Source: a virus
Direction: 5' to 3' (one strand)
Length of the DNA: 64,000 nucleotides
IMG/VR virus record: IMGVR_UViG_3300022752_000030
Location: 32,001 to 96,000 of that record
How positions within the stretch are numbered: position 1 is the first letter of the stretch; each line of letters starts with the position of its first letter. A program made the translations under genes and the position numbers. This document shows, one piece after another, positions 1 through 9,568 of this stretch. The notes beneath the pieces were generated by a model that was given only the letters and a program-made list of their open reading frames with translations, was not told the DNA's origin and ran no database searches.

Positions 1-383
1 TCTTTGTTGGCAACTTTTCGCAAAGAATATGACCAATCTAAATTATTTTTTTCTATTGTTTCAACACAACTCTGTACGTGATTTTTTTCAAACCAATTAT
101 CTTGATCTAGATATAAAACATATTTTGTATTGATTAGATGTGAGAACGCAGCATAAACTCTATGTCCATAAAATCCATTAGCACCAACGTTAATAGGCAG
201 AGAACATATTTTTAAATTTTTGTTACCCATATAATCGCTGGCAATAGTTTTAGCTTTTGCTGAAAAATTATCTCCATCGATAACCAAATAACAAATAGTT
301 TCATATGTTTGATTCAACACACTCTCGATTGCATTACGCAATTCGCTAGCACCAGTTGTTGGTACGATCACAGTTGCAGTCAT
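1..383 (-). CDS. GT2-family glycosyltransferase (partial, runs off left edge)
   Basis: Manual translation from ATG at 383: MTATVIVPTTG...AIESVLNQTY...LVIDG...YLDQDNW, a GT-A N-terminus with a DxD motif. Confidence 0.8.
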   Translation of the reverse strand, partial: MTATVIVPTTGASELRNAIESVLNQTYETICYLVIDGDNFSAKAKTIASDYMGNKNLKICSLPINVGANGFYGHRVYAAFSHLINTKYVLYLDQDNWFEKNHVQSCVETIEKNNLDWSYSLRKVANK

Positions 384-385
384 AA

Positions 386-673
386 TTATTCCCTTGTCAG
401 TTTTAAAATCTTTTCAATTTGTTGTTCAATCGTAGGTTTTCGGTTTGGCCAGTAAATATACTCTTTATCTGCTGTAGTATATAGTTTTTGTAGGAAAGGA
501 ATTATTATTTTTTCCAACTGAGCCAATCTTTGTTTGTAATCATCCGCTGTTTGTGCAGTATCGTTAATTACACGATTATATTCTTCTTCAGAAACGGCTG
601 AGAATCCAAAATCATTGTCGGTGTTATGATCTTGGTATTCTTTTAAAATTTTATCAAAGTCAATTAATGGCAT
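386..673 (-). CDS. hypothetical protein
   Basis: 95 aa ORF tightly packed between neighbours; NDFGFS and YIYWPNR motifs. Confidence 0.7.
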   Translation of the reverse strand: MPLIDFDKILKEYQDHNTDNDFGFSAVSEEEYNRVINDTAQTADDYKQRLAQLEKIIIPFLQKLYTTADKEYIYWPNRKPTIEQQIEKILKLTRE

Positions 674-674
674 A

Positions 675-1424
675 TTAGGAGAAACAATTTAAATTTAAAT
701 CTTTTTTGATGATATTAACACTTTTACCGTCTACTGGTGCAATGTTAAAAGGAGATTTTTTACTTGATGGAATTGAAAATTGCATTTCAAATGTAAATTG
801 ATAGTTATCACTTCCTTTATATTGAACTCTTGCTCTGTATGTTGCTTTAGCTGAAGAACCAAATCTAGGCACATCTTTTAATTTTAAAGGATTTTTAGAT
901 CCTAACAGATAGAAACCGTGTGTACCTACGTTAACATAATAAGTATCTTTTCGATTGTAATATTGTTCAATTTTTGTTGATGGTATTTCACCTCGAATAT
1001 CATGAAATGTATCTCTATCTCTTTCGTACTGTTGTTTTTTTGTTAGTTTACCGGCTGTTGCTTCCCACAAATCATCTTTCTCTCTTTTAAATGGAATTTC
1101 TTTCCATTCTTTTTTTATAATATCAAATAATCCAACTTCATCGGCTAAATCTTTAATAAACATTTTTTCAGTATCATCATCTTTGATATCACCAAATTTC
1201 CAAGGATTGGACTTATCTTTCGTGTCATATTTCAATACAAGAGAACCAGCTGAAGCTGCTGTTATTTTTAACTCACATCCAGCTTTAATTTTTTTGTGTT
1301 CCAACATTAAATCTGGCTGATCACTACCAGCACCAGCAGGAGTAAAATTTTTAGGTACCAGGCCCATAGGTTTTAAAATGTTTGCTGCATTTTTTTCATA
1401 TTCAAAACCTTGTTGTGCCGCCAT
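675..1424 (-). CDS. putative PD-(D/E)XK nuclease
   Basis: GFEYE...QPDL...CELK fits the E...PD...ExK restriction-endonuclease-like motif; upstream GGAG and ATAAATA. Confidence 0.55.
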   Translation of the reverse strand: MAAQQGFEYEKNAANILKPMGLVPKNFTPAGAGSDQPDLMLEHKKIKAGCELKITAASAGSLVLKYDTKDKSNPWKFGDIKDDDTEKMFIKDLADEVGLFDIIKKEWKEIPFKREKDDLWEATAGKLTKKQQYERDRDTFHDIRGEIPSTKIEQYYNRKDTYYVNVGTHGFYLLGSKNPLKLKDVPRFGSSAKATYRARVQYKGSDNYQFTFEMQFSIPSSKKSPFNIAPVDGKSVNIIKKDLNLNCFS

Positions 1425-1442
1425 TTTAACTCCAAATCAAAC

Positions 1443-1449
1443 TATTTAT
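1443..1449 (-). promoter_or_regulatory. T4-like late promoter (ATAAATA)
   Basis: ATAAATA about 20 nt upstream of the ATG at 1424. Confidence 0.5.
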
Positions 1450-2552
1450 CTGATAATTTGTATGTCTTTACCTGAAGTCCAAACCTCAAGTTCGGAACGC
1501 AAGCGGTTTTCAACTTTTAATGTTTCATATCTATTTGACGCTTTATTTTTCCACCATTCTATTACATTTTCTAATTCAAATTTATCATAAGTTTCATCTT
1601 TGATTAGTTTGTCTGTCTTGCAACAAACATAGTCTATCATGTTTTTATAACCGTAATGTGAAATGTAATATCTTTTTTGTTCGGTTAGTTTTTTTGCATC
1701 ATCTATTGTTCTTTGAAACACTTCGGCTTCAACATCACCTTTTAGTGCAGATTTTGTTAAAGCAATAATTTTCATTGTTGTTTTCAATTTTTTGCTCGAT
1801 GAATCAGCATCAACAATATCACCAACTTTACTTTCAACAAAATTACGTAAATCTTCGTAGGGTTTTCCGTGCATCATGGGAATGAAATCACTTTCGGTGA
1901 GACCCTTATATCTTATAAAAGGCTTCATGCCATCATATTGTGAAACTTGTTTTGAACTACCATAAAGACTTGTAGTTTCAAATAAACAAAGATTCATATT
2001 ATATTTTTTATTGACAATTTCACGCACAGCATGTGAACAACAAATTGCAGCCAAAAGTTTACCACCAAGATAATTATAACCAAAAGGTTGTGATGGTACA
2101 ATTACAAATCCCATCATAGACGAATCGTTAAATCTTTTGGACCATTCAGGTTTTTGTGTAAACACTTGTCCAAGCATTTCATTTCGAGGTTTCATGTTGA
2201 TTACTGGTGAACCAAGTCTAATGAATCCAACGAACTTTCCTGTGTTCTTTTCTCTGACAGCAAGCCTGATTTGTCGACCAACAGGTGAGATATTAATATG
2301 TGACGATGTGATATTGAGTAATGTTTCCCAAGTTTCTTGTGGTATTTCACAAACTTCAAAATCCATATCTTTCGGATGAATTGAGAAATCCGAAAATAAA
2401 TCTTCTTCTATAGGAAACAAAGGATTTGAAGGCAAATCAGCCAAAGATGCCAATTTTTGATCCCGCATATAATCATCAACACGATTGAAACTCCCAAAAT
2501 ATTTTTTAAAAACCGATGAACAATGAAGCGCATCTTCTTTTGTCAACATCAT
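1446..2552 (-). CDS. DUF4338/DruA-like protein (paralog 1)
   Basis: GR...GFIRLGSPV...PR, VPSQPFGYNYLGGKLLA and ETTSLYG...SQYDG motifs. Confidence 0.6.
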   Translation of the reverse strand: MMLTKEDALHCSSVFKKYFGSFNRVDDYMRDQKLASLADLPSNPLFPIEEDLFSDFSIHPKDMDFEVCEIPQETWETLLNITSSHINISPVGRQIRLAVREKNTGKFVGFIRLGSPVINMKPRNEMLGQVFTQKPEWSKRFNDSSMMGFVIVPSQPFGYNYLGGKLLAAICCSHAVREIVNKKYNMNLCLFETTSLYGSSKQVSQYDGMKPFIRYKGLTESDFIPMMHGKPYEDLRNFVESKVGDIVDADSSSKKLKTTMKIIALTKSALKGDVEAEVFQRTIDDAKKLTEQKRYYISHYGYKNMIDYVCCKTDKLIKDETYDKFELENVIEWWKNKASNRYETLKVENRLRSELEVWTSGKDIQIIR

Positions 2553-3910
2553 ACTTTAAATCCATCAAATGATTTTTTATTTGGTTTAGAAATACCACTA
2601 TCAACGATATCATTTTGTGCAGATTGTTCAACATCATACAATCTCATCTTTGCACGATCAATACCCAAACTAAATCTTTTGTGTGTGGTTGGATCAGAGT
2701 ATCTATTTTTTAATTGTTTGACCATAATTTGACCCAGTTCTTCGAGTTCTTCAGAAGATATCAAAGCAAACATCAAGTCAGCGGTTGCTGGCAAACCAAA
2801 AGATTCACTTGTATCTTCGAGTCCTGGATCGGAAGAGGTATAACCACTTCTTGTTGTTTGTGTTGCAGAAACAATTGGTACTCCGAACTCAACGGCAAGA
2901 CCTCGCAATTCTTCTGCGATTGATTTGACATAGGTGTAAGAATTAACGCTAGCTCCTGCCTTAATTCTAGAAGAGCAACATATGTTAAGATAATCAACAA
3001 AAATAATATCAGGAACAAAAGATTTTTTAAGATTGAGTTCATTCAAAAGTGTCCTAAAGTGTGTTGTTGATGCTGATGCGGTTGGGTATTCTTTAATGAT
3101 CAATTTACCTATAGTTTTTTCTCTGAGTCTAGCAATTTTTTTATCGTACACATCTTTAGGCAACTCAATTAAGTCGTCTACGGTTACATTCAATAAATTT
3201 GCATCAATGCGTTCTGCAATTTTTTCTTCAGCCATTTCCAAAGTGATGTACAATACATTTTTACCTTGTACCATACAACTAGCAGCAACGTGACACATGA
3301 ATAGAGACTTACCAACGCCAGTGCCCGCCAAGGCAATGTTAAGAGTTTTAGCAGGAAGACCACCTTTAGTAATCTTATTGAAGTAATCCAAGTCGAATGG
3401 TATACGTTCTTCTTTGCGGTGATAAAATTCATAACGACTCTCCGAATTTTCTAGATAATCATGCCCTACTGAATTGTCAAAAGAAACAGATAAAGCATCA
3501 GATAATATTTTAGGAATAGAACCTTTATCATTAGTTTTGTCTTTACCATCTAGAATGGAAATCGATCCGAGAACTGCATTGTATATAGCTTTTTCTTGAC
3601 AGAACTTTTCTGTTTTATCAATAAGCCATTGTATTTCAGATTTTTCTTTTGCGGATTTTTCAATTTCCGTAAGAGAGGCTTCACATTTCTCTAATTCATC
3701 TTCTGTGAGGTGTCGATTTTCTTTAACTGCTAAATTAATTGCTTCTATAGTTGCAGATACATTATACTTATTTGTAAATGAATATATTTCATTATAGATT
3801 GTTCTATCAGTTCTGTCGGAAAAATACTCTTGTTTTAAAAATGGTAATACTTTGCGTAAATATTCCTCATTGCAAATTAAGTTTTTTAAGATTGTTTGTT
3901 CAAGTCGCAT
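2549..3910 (-). CDS. gp41: DnaB-like replicative helicase
   Basis: Walker A AGTGVGKS, TLEM, VDYLNIC, KQLKNRY; T4 synteny. Confidence 0.97.
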   Translation of the reverse strand: MRLEQTILKNLICNEEYLRKVLPFLKQEYFSDRTDRTIYNEIYSFTNKYNVSATIEAINLAVKENRHLTEDELEKCEASLTEIEKSAKEKSEIQWLIDKTEKFCQEKAIYNAVLGSISILDGKDKTNDKGSIPKILSDALSVSFDNSVGHDYLENSESRYEFYHRKEERIPFDLDYFNKITKGGLPAKTLNIALAGTGVGKSLFMCHVAASCMVQGKNVLYITLEMAEEKIAERIDANLLNVTVDDLIELPKDVYDKKIARLREKTIGKLIIKEYPTASASTTHFRTLLNELNLKKSFVPDIIFVDYLNICCSSRIKAGASVNSYTYVKSIAEELRGLAVEFGVPIVSATQTTRSGYTSSDPGLEDTSESFGLPATADLMFALISSEELEELGQIMVKQLKNRYSDPTTHKRFSLGIDRAKMRLYDVEQSAQNDIVDSGISKPNKKSFDGFKV

Positions 3911-3912
3911 AA

Positions 3913-3969
3913 TGTAATAAAATTGGTGGTTTTCCTCAAATGAAACAATGGCACTTCGATAAGTGTAAA
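3913..3969 (+). pseudogene. C-terminal remnant of a homing endonuclease
   Basis: Intergenic + strand reads CNKIGGFPQMKQWHFDKCK immediately after an in-frame TAA. Confidence 0.6.
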
Positions 3970-3974
3970 GTTAA

Positions 3975-4289
3975 TCAACTGTCTGTTCCAACTTCATCAA
4001 TTATTTCCTGTTCAACATTAGAAGACATTATTTCAACCAAAAGATCGCCGATATAATTTTTAAAATCGGTATCTTTTTCTAAAATTTTTGGTTTTTGTTT
4101 TTCAGATTCTAACACATCATATGCGAAAAGTAAATATACTTGATCGCCTTCTTCCTTAAATTTAACTTTTCCATATTTGAAAACTACACTTTTATATGGA
4201 CCTTCCAAAAATTTGATGTGTACGGAAGATTTATCATTTTTTGGGTAAATATAACAATAATCGACACCTTCAATCATTTTAAGTTCCAT
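3975..4289 (-). CDS. possible gp40-like head vertex assembly chaperone
   Basis: Lies between uvsX and gp41, as gp40 does in T4; FKYGKV and YIGDLLVEIM motifs. Confidence 0.45.
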   Translation of the reverse strand: MELKMIEGVDYCYIYPKNDKSSVHIKFLEGPYKSVVFKYGKVKFKEEGDQVYLLFAYDVLESEKQKPKILEKDTDFKNYIGDLLVEIMSSNVEQEIIDEVGTDS

Positions 4290-5349
4290 TCATTGTTTCA
4301 ACTTCAAAAGTTTCTTCAATTTCACCTTGAAGTATTTCGGATGATGCTACTCGATATTTATTTTCAACGAATTGGCGAAATCCAGCATCTGTGAGAATTG
4401 GCATCCAAAAATCTTTCGTATCAGTTTCTTTGATTCGATATTTCTTTTCAGAAACTTCACCCGTAGTCACATTTACACGTGAGTACCAACCATTGCTTGG
4501 CTTGATAACATGACCAGATTCAATTGCAAGATCAAGTAAGCCAGACCACCTGCTGATGCCACCATCAAAAGATACAGTAACAGGTATTTTAGATTTCTCT
4601 TTGACATATCTAGATTTTTCCACGTTAATGATAAAGTTGTAACCAACAATTTCTGTACCTTCTTTTTCTTGTTGACGACCAATAATGAAAATGTTATCTG
4701 CCGAATAATAAGAACCAGTGCCGCCACCAACAATATCTTTAGGAAACATTCCTATTTCTTTGTAAGTGTGATTCACTACAATCATAGGAATATCTTTCAA
4801 AGATAGATGTGGTGTCACCATTCTAAACAAAGATTTAACTTGTTTAGCTCTAGACATGTCAGCAACAGATTTTTGATCTAAAGCATCTTCAACTTCTTTC
4901 TTCGATGCAAGATTTCCAATAGAGTCAATAACAATAATCAACTTGTCACCACGTTCAAGATTTGTAAGTTGATTCATCACATCAAATTTTAATTGTTCAA
5001 TGTCCATGAGTGGAGTGTGCAATACACGTTCAGAATCAATACCAAAAGAATTAAAATAAGATTGTGGAGTTCCAAATTCAGAATCGTAAAAAAGAAGTGC
5101 GGCATCTGCATATTTTTCAAGATAAGATTTCGCCATCAACAACGAAAAAGCTGTCTTGAAGTGTTTAGAAGGACCTGCCCACATAGTAAGTCCTGGTGTC
5201 AATCCACCATCTAATTTACCAGACAATGCCACATTGATGATTGGCACAGACGTTTGAATCATATCTTTATTATTAAAGAATTTAGATTTCGATAGAATGG
5301 CAGAATCTTTAATACTACTATTCTTTTTAATTTTATCAAGTATGCTCAT
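4279..5349 (-). CDS. uvsX: RecA-like recombinase UvsX
   Basis: AGPSKHFKT, FYDSEFG, DSIGNLAS, GGGTG. Confidence 0.97.
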   Translation of the reverse strand: MSILDKIKKNSSIKDSAILSKSKFFNNKDMIQTSVPIINVALSGKLDGGLTPGLTMWAGPSKHFKTAFSLLMAKSYLEKYADAALLFYDSEFGTPQSYFNSFGIDSERVLHTPLMDIEQLKFDVMNQLTNLERGDKLIIVIDSIGNLASKKEVEDALDQKSVADMSRAKQVKSLFRMVTPHLSLKDIPMIVVNHTYKEIGMFPKDIVGGGTGSYYSADNIFIIGRQQEKEGTEIVGYNFIINVEKSRYVKEKSKIPVTVSFDGGISRWSGLLDLAIESGHVIKPSNGWYSRVNVTTGEVSEKKYRIKETDTKDFWMPILTDAGFRQFVENKYRVASSEILQGEIEETFEVETMNGT

Positions 5350-6320
5350 TTAGTATTTTCCTTTTCATGAAACGAATATGTGGCGTTATAATCATAGTTA
5401 GGTTCCAACTTTAAATCTGTTTTAGTTTTCCTTTTAGGAAATCCTCTTTTTTTTATTGTTGGTTCTTCTTCAACTTGAGGTTCTTCAACAACAACAATAT
5501 TTTCTTTTTGTATTTCAACACTTTCTTCTTTTGGTGTGATTTTACCGTCGCCATCTGTCGGCTCACTTTTTTTCTCAGATTGAACCTTTAGTGACATATT
5601 TGCAGCTATCAATAATAACACAGCTAGAGGATCAAATACAACCATTATTAATATGATTACCAGTCTAACTGCCTTATCTATGATGTCTTTTTCATTTGAT
5701 CCATATATTAGTTCTGCGACATATTTTATAGGCCCAAAATCAGACTCCGCTTTTTGTAATTCTATTGACATTGGAGTTTTTTCTTCAACCAAGTCATTGA
5801 TTTTTTTCTGTGAGATTTCAATTTCACTGCTTAATCTACTTCTCTCTTTTTGTTGAGATTTTCTTATTGCAACAGATTTATCCGCACCTTTTTCATCTGT
5901 ACTTCTTGCCATGATCTGATCAACGGCTTCGTTTAATTGATTAAGTGTTTTTCTATTATTCTCAATATTCTCTTTTTCTACTTTTATCTTTTCATCGATC
6001 AATAATATTTTATTTGCTAATGGAGCAAAATCTGAAGAATGTTCTAAGTGTGTTTTTGAAAGATAACCAAAAATACCCATAGATGTAATAATCATCAAAA
6101 CAATACAGGCTGAGGTAAGATAGGTTCTCATCAATAATGGACATTGTTTCCAATTTCTGTATAACCAAGATACGGTAACAAGTTTTGATGCCTCAAGCAC
6201 AGAACCCATAATTACTATGGGTAAAAATGATCCAGGAAATATTTGAGCAAGTCCAATAACAGAATAATAAGCAGCAACAGCCGATAAAGCAATTGCTGTA
6301 AAAAAAGTTATGAGATTCAT
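5346..6320 (-). CDS. membrane protein with long coiled coil
   Basis: Three N-terminal hydrophobic segments, a coiled coil, GPIKYVAE, and a C-terminal TM segment (VFDPLAV). Confidence 0.7.
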   Translation of the reverse strand: MNLITFFTAIALSAVAAYYSVIGLAQIFPGSFLPIVIMGSVLEASKLVTVSWLYRNWKQCPLLMRTYLTSACIVLMIITSMGIFGYLSKTHLEHSSDFAPLANKILLIDEKIKVEKENIENNRKTLNQLNEAVDQIMARSTDEKGADKSVAIRKSQQKERSRLSSEIEISQKKINDLVEEKTPMSIELQKAESDFGPIKYVAELIYGSNEKDIIDKAVRLVIILIMVVFDPLAVLLLIAANMSLKVQSEKKSEPTDGDGKITPKEESVEIQKENIVVVEEPQVEEEPTIKKRGFPKRKTKTDLKLEPNYDYNATYSFHEKENTK

Positions 6321-7672
6321 CCGAAAAAGTCCTCTAGTGAATTAATTTTTTCTGTTTTCCAATTCATACAATCTAATATGATACGAATTGGTTCTAAAAA
6401 TGATTTTTCAAATTGTAAATCATAATCGATAAAACTGTCAAGATTAAATTCTTTTGGTAATCTTGAAGGATAAGATATTACGGTATCTTTAAATGGATTA
6501 GGCATTTTCAGATAAGTAAATTTGATCTTTTCACCCTCTTGTATCAAAGGATATTTTTTAGTCAAATTCAGTTGTTTAATATTGTGATTATATAAAATAG
6601 CACCCTTAACATGAATAGGTGTTCCTTTTTTATATAGTAAAACCGAATCTGAATAAGTCTTCAATCCGTTCAATCCTCTCGGAAAAGATATATCTTCGGG
6701 TGGTAATTTTTTGAACGACTCTTTAAAATTTGCAATAAAATCTTGTACGTCAGATTCAGTACCAGTCATCATCAATTTAATGACATCTTTCATTTTTTCA
6801 CGAATCGATGATGGTGTTGAAGATTTGATCATTTCTAGACCCATAACCTTCATCTGAGGCTCGTTATACCGAACACCCTCATTATCATAAACATTTAAAA
6901 TATATCTCTTTTTAGCTGTCCAAACACCTTTGTTAGCTAACGCTTCACGTTTCATTTGCATTTTCTGATCATATGCATTTACGTATGTGGCCAGTTCTTG
7001 ATAAGACTTGTCGATATATGGTTGAATCTTATCTTCACAAACACGATCCATAAAGTCAATTATTTTTTTCGTATTTGTGGTATCATTATTGAACTTTTTG
7101 ACCAGAGAACCTAATTTTAGATAAATCGAATCCGTATCTGATGCAATCACATAATCATCATTTGTCTGTAAAAGTTTGTTCATGTAATCATTCAGTTTGC
7201 CTTCAATCCAACGAATTGATAACTGACCAGCAAGCGTAACAGCAAGCGCTTGTCTTAAATCATAAAAACGGAAATATTGTGATCCAAGAGCACCATAAGC
7301 TGAGTTAAGTGATACTTTTTTTGCTAGTTGAAGATTATTATATCGAGCAATCTTTTTTTCTAATTCAAATTTCTTACTTTCATCTTTTTCAACCTCATAT
7401 TCTTTTTTGGCCTGAATCATCATTTTTTTGAACTTACTTCTATCAACATACATTTCTTCCATCATCTTTGGTAAGAAACCTTGAATGTCTGTTCTGAACA
7501 ACTGGCCATTGGGTGTGATGGTACAATGCATTGGACCAAGAAAAGAAGTATCGACAGTTTTTTTCAACATACTTTCGACACTAACTTTATCAATTTCTCG
7601 TTCAAATAATTCTATAGCCCGAAGTTCTTCTTGTAGTTCTTCAGTTGTTAATTTTTTTACATTACGAAACAT
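6317..7672 (-). CDS. gp43: DNA polymerase gp43, C-terminal part (fingers/palm/thumb)
   Basis: PolB motif B KVSLNSAYG, motif C SDTDS, KKRY, KSSTP; clamp-binding SLEDFFG; own RBS (GAAGGT). Confidence 0.95.
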   Translation of the reverse strand: MFRNVKKLTTEELQEELRAIELFEREIDKVSVESMLKKTVDTSFLGPMHCTITPNGQLFRTDIQGFLPKMMEEMYVDRSKFKKMMIQAKKEYEVEKDESKKFELEKKIARYNNLQLAKKVSLNSAYGALGSQYFRFYDLRQALAVTLAGQLSIRWIEGKLNDYMNKLLQTNDDYVIASDTDSIYLKLGSLVKKFNNDTTNTKKIIDFMDRVCEDKIQPYIDKSYQELATYVNAYDQKMQMKREALANKGVWTAKKRYILNVYDNEGVRYNEPQMKVMGLEMIKSSTPSSIREKMKDVIKLMMTGTESDVQDFIANFKESFKKLPPEDISFPRGLNGLKTYSDSVLLYKKGTPIHVKGAILYNHNIKQLNLTKKYPLIQEGEKIKFTYLKMPNPFKDTVISYPSRLPKEFNLDSFIDYDLQFEKSFLEPIRIILDCMNWKTEKINSLEDFFG

Positions 7673-7709
7673 TCTATACCTTCATTTTAACCTTTTTTTG
7701 ATGCATCAT

Positions 7710-8243
7710 TTATTTCATCCACTTTTTTCTATTTTCAGTTTTACTCAATATTTGTAAATTGTCTGGATGATGTAAGCCGCCTTTTGCAATAGGTTGTATG
7801 TGGTCCACTTCATGTCCTTTAGGACAAATCAAATAATATTCCTGTAATTTTTTCTTTTCTTCTTTACTTAATTTTGGAGTTTGATTACGTATTCTTGCTC
7901 TCCGTCTTGCAGCAATTTCATTCCTAATTCTACGTTTATGATCTTCACCCAAATATTTACTCTTATTTGAGCAATAATAACTGCAATATTTTGAATTGTA
8001 CTTTTCACTTTCAGTTCTAAATTTTTGAGTTTGATATTCTTTACCGCAACATAGACATTTCAACAAAGATTTTCTCTCTTTATTTTTACATTCCAAATGA
8101 AAAGGTTTTTTAATATCAAATTTTTGTAAACACTTTTTAATATTAGCATCCGAACAACCAAAGTATTCAGCAACCTCACTTCTTCTCATATTTTTGTTAA
8201 TAAATAAATCGTAAAGTTTTTCTTTAGTGATATTATACTTCAT
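7710..8243 (-). mobile_element. free-standing HNH homing endonuclease inserted in gp43
   Basis: N-terminal HTH, CxxC Zn finger, EVDHIQP..KGGLH...NLQIL...EN..K. Confidence 0.9.
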
Positions 8244-8251
8244 TTATTTTC

Positions 8252-8280
8252 CTAATAAGTAACCGCACCCACTTATTTAG
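8252..8280 (-). promoter_or_regulatory. late promoter (CTAAATA) plus RBS-sequestering hairpin for the HNH gene
   Basis: Minus strand CTAAATAAGT-GGGTGCGGTT-ACTTATTAGGA; AATAAGT pairs with ACTTATT and the stem runs into the TAGGA RBS. Confidence 0.65.
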
Positions 8281-9568
8281 TATTTCTTAATTTTAACTCC
8301 TCAATTACTTTTCTCTTTCTTTCTGAAATATAACTTCTTTCAACAAGATTTTCTGGACTTATGGAGTATTGCATCATCAAATGTGGATAAAGTGAATTCA
8401 AGTCAAAACTTGCAACATATTCATGTAGACCAACTTGAACTTCTTTAACATAAGCACCCTCGAATGCTGAATCTTTTTCTTTGATGATTCTTGGAGGTAC
8501 AATAATATTTTGTTGTAACAAATATGAATATGTTAGAGAATCCCACATGCGTGTTTGAGCAAACACGTCTTCATAATTTGATTTTGTATCATACGCAAGA
8601 GTTAAAGCCAATTCAATCAGTTTTAACTTGTCTTCTAAACGTAAAATTAATTGCACGTCTTTGATGTTATACTCAATAAATTTTTGATAATTTAATTTAT
8701 ACAACTGATGCAGGTTTTCATATTCATCATATGAAATTTTACCTTCACCCAATTCAACGTTTGCAATATTATCAAGTCGATATGATTCTTGTGATTTTCC
8801 ACCCGGCGCATACCACTTATAAAGTTCAATATAATCGAGTGATGCGACACCAACAAGATCATAAGCAATCAATGGTCTTCCATTGATAACAGTTTTTCTT
8901 TCAAAAATAAAATTCCATGGTGACAGTTTTTTTGAACTGTCTTCACCTAAGATTTTTTTAAATCGATTGACAAGATATGGTATATCAAAAAACTTTGTAT
9001 TCCAACCAGTAATTACATCAGGACATTTAATTGACCAGACATCTATAAATTTTTTACACAATGTCCACTCATCACGACATTTGACATATGTAACATTTTC
9101 ATCGTTATTGTCAAATTCACCACAACCAAAAACATATGTGTGCCCGTTAATGTAAGTGATAGTGATAGCGGTAATGGGTTCGTTAGCTTCATAAGGATCA
9201 GGAAATCCATTTTCAGATCCAACTTCAATATCAACTACTGCAACCAAGACTTTATCTTGGTCCCAGTCAACCATACCAGAATGTTGTTCAGAAATAAATG
9301 CATATTCGAAACGAGAATTGCCGTGTATTACTGGAGCTCCAGATACATCCTCAAATTTTTTGATGTATTCTCTGGCTTCGTAAATCGTTTCGAATGTTTT
9401 CTTGTCGAGATAATTACCATCCAAATTTGTGTACTGTGTTACATTTTTGGATGGCAAATAAAGAGAAGGAGAGTAGTCAATTTTTTGTTTGACTCTTTTG
9501 CCGTCTAGAATTCCTCGATACAATATCTTACCACTAAGAGATTGTACGTTAGTATAAAAACTTGTCAT
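8273..9568 (-). CDS. gp43: DNA polymerase gp43, N-terminal part (N-domain, 3'-5' exonuclease, motif A)
   Basis: DIEV, GWNTKFFD, YNIKD exonuclease motifs; motif A SFDLNSLYP; stop about 30 codons later. Confidence 0.95.
   Translation of the reverse strand: MTSFYTNVQSLSGKILYRGILDGKRVKQKIDYSPSLYLPSKNVTQYTNLDGNYLDKKTFETIYEAREYIKKFEDVSGAPVIHGNSRFEYAFISEQHSGMVDWDQDKVLVAVVDIEVGSENGFPDPYEANEPITAITITYINGHTYVFGCGEFDNNDENVTYVKCRDEWTLCKKFIDVWSIKCPDVITGWNTKFFDIPYLVNRFKKILGEDSSKKLSPWNFIFERKTVINGRPLIAYDLVGVASLDYIELYKWYAPGGKSQESYRLDNIANVELGEGKISYDEYENLHQLYKLNYQKFIEYNIKDVQLILRLEDKLKLIELALTLAYDTKSNYEDVFAQTRMWDSLTYSYLLQQNIIVPPRIIKEKDSAFEGAYVKEVQVGLHEYVASFDLNSLYPHLMMQYSISPENLVERSYISERKRKVIEELKLRNTK

Noticed and set aside
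7672-8340. Group I intron or split intein in gp43
   Set aside because: Non-coding spacers are only about 30-37 nt with no recognisable intron core; no N-intein Cys/Ser block or C-terminal His-Asn; the C-part has its own RBS
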